Translations under genes and position numbers: made by a program
Part shown: positions 59,111-64,000 of the stretch, piece by piece
How positions within the stretch are numbered: the first letter of the stretch is position 1
Layout: every line of letters starts with the position of its first letter
The notes under the pieces: generated by a model
Database searches by the model: none
What the model was told of the DNA's origin: nothing
What the model saw: only the letters and a program-made list of their open reading frames with translations
Source of the DNA: Fibrobacter sp.
Lineage (GTDB): Bacteria > Fibrobacterota > Fibrobacteria > Fibrobacterales > Fibrobacteraceae
DNA: 64,000 bases
NCBI GenBank assembly: GCA_024399035.1
Contig: JAKSID010000012.1
Span: 11,125 to 75,124 of the forward strand
Direction of reading: 5' to 3'

Positions 59111-60799
59111 ATGGCCGACAATAAAGCAGAAAAGTTTGTATTCTACATGTACAAGATGTGCAAGTCTTACCCCAACAAGGAAGTCTTGAAGGACATCTCC
59201 CTTAGCTTCTACTATGGCGCTAAGATTGGTATTATCGGTCAGAATGGTGCCGGTAAGTCTACGCTTCTGCGTATTATGGCTGGTATCGATAAGGAATTCC
59301 AGGGCGAAGCTTGGATTGAACCTGGTCGTACCGCTGGCTACCTGCCTCAGGAACCTCAGCTGGATCCGAACCTGACCGTCAAGGAAAACGTGATGCAGGC
59401 TGTGGCCAAGAAACAGGCTATTCTTGACCGCTTCAACGAAATCTCCATGAAGTTTGCAGAACCCATGGAAGATGATGAAATGAACAAGCTCCTGGACGAA
59501 CAGGCCAAGCTTCAGGACATCATTGACGCTCAGGATTTGTGGAGCCTGGACCGCAATATTGAAATTGCTATGGACGCCCTCCGTTGCCCGCCGGGTGACT
59601 GGCCGGTGACCAACCTTTCCGGTGGTGAAAAGCGCCGCGTGGCTCTGTGCCGCCTGCTCTTGGAAGAACCGGACCTGTTGCTCTTGGATGAACCTACCAA
59701 CCACTTGGATGCAGAAACTGTTGCATGGTTGGAACGTCACCTTCGTGAATACAAGGGATCCGTCATTCTCGTGACCCATGACCGTTACTTCCTGGATAAC
59801 GTGACCAACTGGATTCTTGAAATCGACCGCGGTCGCGGCATTCCTTGGGAAGGCAATTACGCCCAGTGGCTGGACCAGAAGCTGGAACGTATGCGCGGTG
59901 AAGAAAAGGGCGAATCTGACCGTCAGAAGCGCCTGGCTCGCGAACAGGAATGGGTCAAGCAGAGTCCCAAGGCTCGCCAGGCCAAGAACAAGGCTCGTCT
60001 TAAGGCCTACGAAGAACTCCTGGCTGAAGATTCCAGAGAGAAGATCAACGTGGCTCAGATTCACATTGCCAACGGCAACCGTCTGGGTGACATCGTTATT
60101 CAGGCCGAACATTTGCAGAAGGCCTTTGGCGAAAAGGTGCTTTTCGACGATATGAACTTCAGCCTGCCCCGCTCCGGTATCGTGGGCATTATCGGCCCCA
60201 ACGGTGCTGGTAAGACCACACTCTTCAAGATGATTACCGGAACCGAAAAGCCGGATGCTGGTACCTTGAAGATTGGTGAAACTGTCCAGATCATTAGTAT
60301 GGAACAGGGCCGCGATTCTCTGGATGATACCAAGACCGTTTGGGAATCCATTACGGGCGGCAACGACGAAATAATGGTGGGCGACCGCAAGATGAATGGC
60401 CGCGCTTACTGTGGCTTGTTCAACTTCACTGGCGCTGCCCAGCAGAAGAAGCTGAACACTCTTTCCGGTGGTGAACGTAACCGCGTTCTCATGGCAAAGA
60501 ACTTGCAGCAGCCCGGCAACCTGTTGTTCCTGGACGAACCGACCAACGACTTGGATATTGAAACCCTCCAGGCCCTGGAACAGGCTATCCTTAAGTTCGC
60601 AGGCTGCGCCGTGATCATCTCCCATGACCGCTGGTTCCTGGACCGTATCGCAACCCATATCCTCGCTTACGAAGGCGACTCCAATGTTGTCTGGTTTGAA
60701 GGTAACTGGAGCGAATACGAAGCCGATCGCCGCAAGCGTCTTGGCGAAGATGCGGAAAACCCCAAGCCCATCAAGTACAAGACCCTGACTCGTAACTAA
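59111..60799 (+). CDS. ettA: Energy-dependent translational throttle protein (ABC-F)
   Basis: Motifs SFYYGAKIG, GYLPQEP, AMDALRCP and GIPWEGNY; two NBDs. Confidence 0.93.
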   Translation: MADNKAEKFVFYMYKMCKSYPNKEVLKDISLSFYYGAKIGIIGQNGAGKSTLLRIMAGIDKEFQGEAWIEPGRTAGYLPQEPQLDPNLTVKENVMQAVAKKQAILDRFNEISMKFAEPMEDDEMNKLLDEQAKLQDIIDAQDLWSLDRNIEIAMDALRCPPGDWPVTNLSGGEKRRVALCRLLLEEPDLLLLDEPTNHLDAETVAWLERHLREYKGSVILVTHDRYFLDNVTNWILEIDRGRGIPWEGNYAQWLDQKLERMRGEEKGESDRQKRLAREQEWVKQSPKARQAKNKARLKAYEELLAEDSREKINVAQIHIANGNRLGDIVIQAEHLQKAFGEKVLFDDMNFSLPRSGIVGIIGPNGAGKTTLFKMITGTEKPDAGTLKIGETVQIISMEQGRDSLDDTKTVWESITGGNDEIMVGDRKMNGRAYCGLFNFTGAAQQKKLNTLSGGERNRVLMAKNLQQPGNLLFLDEPTNDLDIETLQALEQAILKFAGCAVIISHDRWFLDRIATHILAYEGDSNVVWFEGNWSEYEADRRKRLGEDAENPKPIKYKTLTRN

Positions 60800-60829
60800 G
60801 TTTCGGGTAAGCGGTTTTGCTGAAAAATT

Positions 60830-60861
60830 AAAGAGCGAGTAGCATTAGCTACTCGCTTTTA
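60830..60861. terminator. Bidirectional intrinsic terminator
   Basis: AGCGAGTAGC-ATTA-GCTACTCGCT followed by a T-tract. Confidence 0.75.
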
Positions 60862-60876
60862 CTTATTGGGATAAAC

Positions 60877-62130
60877 TTAGAATTCAAGATGTTCTGGGAA
60901 AGCTTCCTTTCTCATGATTCCCCACATTTTGTCGATATATGAAAGGGTGTAGAACTGTTCGTAATAATGGTAGTAGAACGCGCCTTTCATCGTCATGGAA
61001 TAAATCCCATTTTCTTTTGTCAGGAATCCCAGTTTCTGCGCTAGCCAGAATTCAAGACCGTACGCTTTTTTTAGAGGTACTCCGAAGAAACTTTCGAAAT
61101 CTCGTTCGTCCAGATGCATGCTGTAAAGCGTCCAGAATAGGAAATACACCATTCTCTGTCGCGGAGTGAATCTGATGGTCAAGGAAGTGGGCAATTCATC
61201 ATTGTTGATTCTTTTGCAGTATTCGTCAACCGAGAAGGTGTTGATCTTGAATTGCTTTTCCAGCAATGTGGTTGCGGAACATCCAAAGCCCAGAAAGTTT
61301 TCTCGGGTCATTGAAGAATACTTGGCTTCTTCTTTGTTGGAGAATGTCCAGATGGAATTGCGATGGTAACCCTTCTGGTTAAAGTAGTTGGTGATTTGAT
61401 CCAACAATTCCTTTTTCTGTTTTTTAGGCATTGCTTTCACTTTACTTTGAGTAAAGGAAAAATCAATGAACGGATAAATGGCCACGTGGTTTGCACCACA
61501 TGCAAAAGCGTCATCTACGTCAGTCTTGAGGTCTTCGAATGTTTGGCCGGGCAGCGCAAAGATGAAGTCCATGGAGACTGTTTCGAAAGCGACTTGGCTT
61601 AGGGCGGCATTCAATTTGCTGGGGTCAACTTGTTTTCGCCCCAAGATGTTCTGGTAACGTTCCGAGAAAGACTGGATACCGATGCTGATCTTTGAAACAC
61701 CTGCGGCCTTAAGTTTTTCAAGGGTTTCTACGTTGACATTGTCGGGATGCAGCTCAACGCCGATTCCTTCCGTAATGATGAAATGCTCTTGAATGGCCTC
61801 GATGATTTCGCCAATTCTATCCGCGATTAGAGCGGGCGTGCCTCCGCCAAAATACAAACTGGTTGTTTCTTTTTTGCCTTCGTACTGGCTCCCGACTTTA
61901 TGGATTTCCTTGATGAGTGCATCAAGATACTTGTCGCATTGCAACTGGTTGTAAACGGTCTTGCAGTAAGGGCAAAACGGACAAATGCTTTTGCAAAACG
62001 GAATGTGAACGTAAAGCCCTAGGTTTCTGCAATCCTTGAAGGGCAGAAAATGATCATAATCGTTCTTGAATGAAAATGGATTGAATGATCTTGTGAGCCA
62101 GTTCCTTGTCAGTGTGGTAAATAAACTCAT
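60877..62130 (-). CDS. HemN/class-C-like radical SAM protein
   Basis: Motifs LYVHIPFCKSICPFCPY, YFGGGTP, SIGIQSF and DFIFALPGQ. Confidence 0.85.
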   Translation of the reverse strand: MSLFTTLTRNWLTRSFNPFSFKNDYDHFLPFKDCRNLGLYVHIPFCKSICPFCPYCKTVYNQLQCDKYLDALIKEIHKVGSQYEGKKETTSLYFGGGTPALIADRIGEIIEAIQEHFIITEGIGVELHPDNVNVETLEKLKAAGVSKISIGIQSFSERYQNILGRKQVDPSKLNAALSQVAFETVSMDFIFALPGQTFEDLKTDVDDAFACGANHVAIYPFIDFSFTQSKVKAMPKKQKKELLDQITNYFNQKGYHRNSIWTFSNKEEAKYSSMTRENFLGFGCSATTLLEKQFKINTFSVDEYCKRINNDELPTSLTIRFTPRQRMVYFLFWTLYSMHLDERDFESFFGVPLKKAYGLEFWLAQKLGFLTKENGIYSMTMKGAFYYHYYEQFYTLSYIDKMWGIMRKEAFPEHLEF

Positions 62131-62138
62131 CAAAAATC

Positions 62139-63041
62139 CTAGATGTACTTTAGGTATGTTCTTAATGCTTCGAATACAATCTTTAATTTGCCTTGGAAGA
62201 ACAAGGTATATTCGGCCACAAAGAAATAACCGCACTGCTCACAAAGTCCCGGTACATCGATGCACCTGCCGCAAACGGAAATCTTGCCGTTTTCCATGAC
62301 TAGACATTGATGGCAGGGTGTGGGGAATGTGTTGTTGACGAGATAAGGAAGCCCGCTCTTTAAATTGAAAATCGGTGCGCCTTCGTCCATCATTTGTGCA
62401 ATCAAATCGGCAATGGATTGTTTTTCTGCCTTGGTCAATTGCAAGTCTTTTGTATCAGGATAGGGCGTATGGAAGTTGAAGGAAACCGCCTTGACATGGT
62501 TTGTCTTTTTCGCGATTTCGACCACGTCTCGCACGGCACCCTTGTTAATCTGGTTGATTGCCATGTAGAAACAGATGTTGTCTGCAGTTGCGTTTTTGAC
62601 ATTCTCCATGATGGTGTCGAATGTGTTTCCGCGGATGGCATTGTGACGTTCTTTGTCGCCATCGAGGCTCAGGAGAATCAAGTCGGCTTCGGGTAAGTCA
62701 ATGGGCTGTGTACCATTTGTGACCAAGTTGACAATCATGAAACCCATTCTCTTGGCTTCAATGACCAGGTCTCTTACGGTCATGTCCCCGTCACGCCACA
62801 GGAATGTTTCGCCGCCGCAAAAGAAGAGAATTCTGACACCCATGTCGTAAAGGGTTTGCATTTCCTTGCGGATTTGCACGTAAGGATGCATAATGGCGGT
62901 GATGTTATTGACGGAACAGTGCTTGCACTTTAGATTACATCTGTCCGTTAAGATGATGGTTCCAAGGATTGGATCTTTCTTTTTGAAGAGAACTGTTTTC
63001 AGCCAAAAATTGCCGAGATACAAAAAAGATGACGCCTTCAT
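62139..63041 (-). CDS. Radical SAM protein with a Cys-containing C-terminal extension
   Basis: Motifs CNLKCKHC, GGE, TNG and SLDG; C-terminal C...C...CxxC. Confidence 0.85.
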   Translation of the reverse strand: MKASSFLYLGNFWLKTVLFKKKDPILGTIILTDRCNLKCKHCSVNNITAIMHPYVQIRKEMQTLYDMGVRILFFCGGETFLWRDGDMTVRDLVIEAKRMGFMIVNLVTNGTQPIDLPEADLILLSLDGDKERHNAIRGNTFDTIMENVKNATADNICFYMAINQINKGAVRDVVEIAKKTNHVKAVSFNFHTPYPDTKDLQLTKAEKQSIADLIAQMMDEGAPIFNLKSGLPYLVNNTFPTPCHQCLVMENGKISVCGRCIDVPGLCEQCGYFFVAEYTLFFQGKLKIVFEALRTYLKYI

Positions 63042-63142
63042 AAAACGATGCTCCTCCTATTTAGCAATGTTGTTTTGTTAGCTAGATTGTATTATACAAA
63101 TTTTTTCTTTAATAAGCGCAATTTTTTGTATAATTGCATTCA

Positions 63143-63793
63143 ATGATTCTTCACGTTCTTAAACATGAACTGCGGTTGATTTTCCGGGAGCCTCGCTTCT
63201 GGATTCCTTTCGTGATTCCGCCGGTACTGTTGGCGGCGTCCCAGGGAATTGCGGTGTCTCGTTATGGCGGGCAGATTATGCAGGGCATGGAAGGCTACAT
63301 GATGCTGTTGCTGGGTTGCCTCATGGCGCCTATGGGTGCGCCTCTTGCAGCCGATAGCTTTGCTGGGGAACGTGAAAGAAATTCTTTGGAATTGTTGCAG
63401 CTGTCGCCTGTGAAACCTGCGGACTTGTTCTGGGGTAAGCTGCTGGCTGTGTTGCCTTTCTCTGTGATATTCTCTCTGTTAGCCCAGCTGGCTTATTTGG
63501 CTGCTCACGCTGATGCGGTTGATGGAACGACTGCTTGTGCCGCCATTTTGGGAGCGGTGTCTGCTTGTTTGCTGATTAATGCATTCTCTCTGTTGCTTTC
63601 TCTGAAATCAAAGACAGTGCGCTCTGCAACTCAGGGCTCCCTGTTCCTGATTGTTCCGTTGTTGCTCTTGGTGCAGTTCGGCTATCAGGAATTTTTGAAC
63701 GGATTGGTGATGCCTGTGTTGGCCTTGATTATTTCTCTCGTTGTGTGCATTGCCGCTACTGTAGTGGGCATGCGCAAGTTTATTAGTTTATAA
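63143..63793 (+). CDS. ABC-2 type transporter permease
   Basis: Motifs LKHELR, DSFAGERERNSLELL and GKL; multiple TM segments. Confidence 0.85.
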   Translation: MILHVLKHELRLIFREPRFWIPFVIPPVLLAASQGIAVSRYGGQIMQGMEGYMMLLLGCLMAPMGAPLAADSFAGERERNSLELLQLSPVKPADLFWGKLLAVLPFSVIFSLLAQLAYLAAHADAVDGTTACAAILGAVSACLLINAFSLLLSLKSKTVRSATQGSLFLIVPLLLLVQFGYQEFLNGLVMPVLALIISLVVCIAATVVGMRKFISL

Positions 63794-63848
63794 TTGCTTG
63801 AACGCTGCGGAAAGTTTTGATGGAACGCCGCGGGAGGTTGAGGCGCGT

Positions 63849-64000
63849 TCATCGTTGGAATAAGTCCGGCTGAACGCTGGGCTTTCTCTTTATCCAGGAA
63901 ATTTGTTTTGCCGGGTGAATGATTTCACCGGGTTTGACATTTCCTATAATGAGCGGCGAGTCTGGGTCGTGCCGCTTGTGGTTTGCGGTTACCTGGCTGT
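63849..64000 (-). CDS. 3' end of a gene entering from the right, probably DUF1848-family
   Basis: Hand translation: ...SQVTANHKRHDPDSPLIIGNVKPGEIIHPAKQISWIKRKPSVQPDLFQR*. The HDPxSPL.G motif resembles DUF1848 C-termini. Not in the ORF track. Confidence 0.55.
   Translation of the reverse strand, partial: SQVTANHKRHDPDSPLIIGNVKPGEIIHPAKQISWIKRKPSVQPDLFQR

Noticed and set aside
60877-62130. Assigning hemN or hemW
   Set aside because: Family motifs are present, but the divergent sequence and pairing with another radical SAM gene do not support a specific symbol.
63934-63949. TTGACA and TATAAT-like boxes
   Set aside because: The spacing is only ~5 nt, and the site lies inside a probable minus-strand CDS.

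Overview
Bacterial chromosomal window, almost certainly from Fibrobacter. The basis is the many secreted plant-polysaccharide enzymes with basic 'xFDxxG' C-terminal export-type tails, the Ser-rich linkers, and the monomeric IDH. About 45 CDS are supported. Polysaccharide enzymes: GH30 and GH10 xylanases, a CE6 + GH26/GH26/GH5/GH26 mannan cluster, GH9, a CE1-like esterase, a PL10-CE8 pectin pair and GH57. Housekeeping genes: hom, nadC, coaX, nth, cysE, hpt, mnmE, icd, bamA, skp and ettA. Also present are two polyprenyl-phosphate sugar transferases, a stand-alone OLD-family ATPase/Toprim nuclease and a radical-SAM pair. No tRNA, rRNA, transposase, integrase or cas gene was recognised. The most unusual signals are mostly non-coding. 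(i) Two tandem ~140-bp structured units at 2978-3272 look like a minus-strand sRNA or tandem cis-regulatory RNA, each unit ending in its own terminator. (ii) A ~48-bp element with conserved ends but an exchanged hairpin occurs at 3270-3317 and twice at 23182-23301, where it is flanked by 24-bp duplications of a gene's 3' end. (iii) A GTCATTGCGAG palindrome family sits both between genes and in-frame inside mnmE and a protease. (iv) Two unannotated protein modules are each shared by two different glycoside hydrolases and are candidate new CBMs. All calls were made by eye from the sequence and ORF track; no database searches were run.
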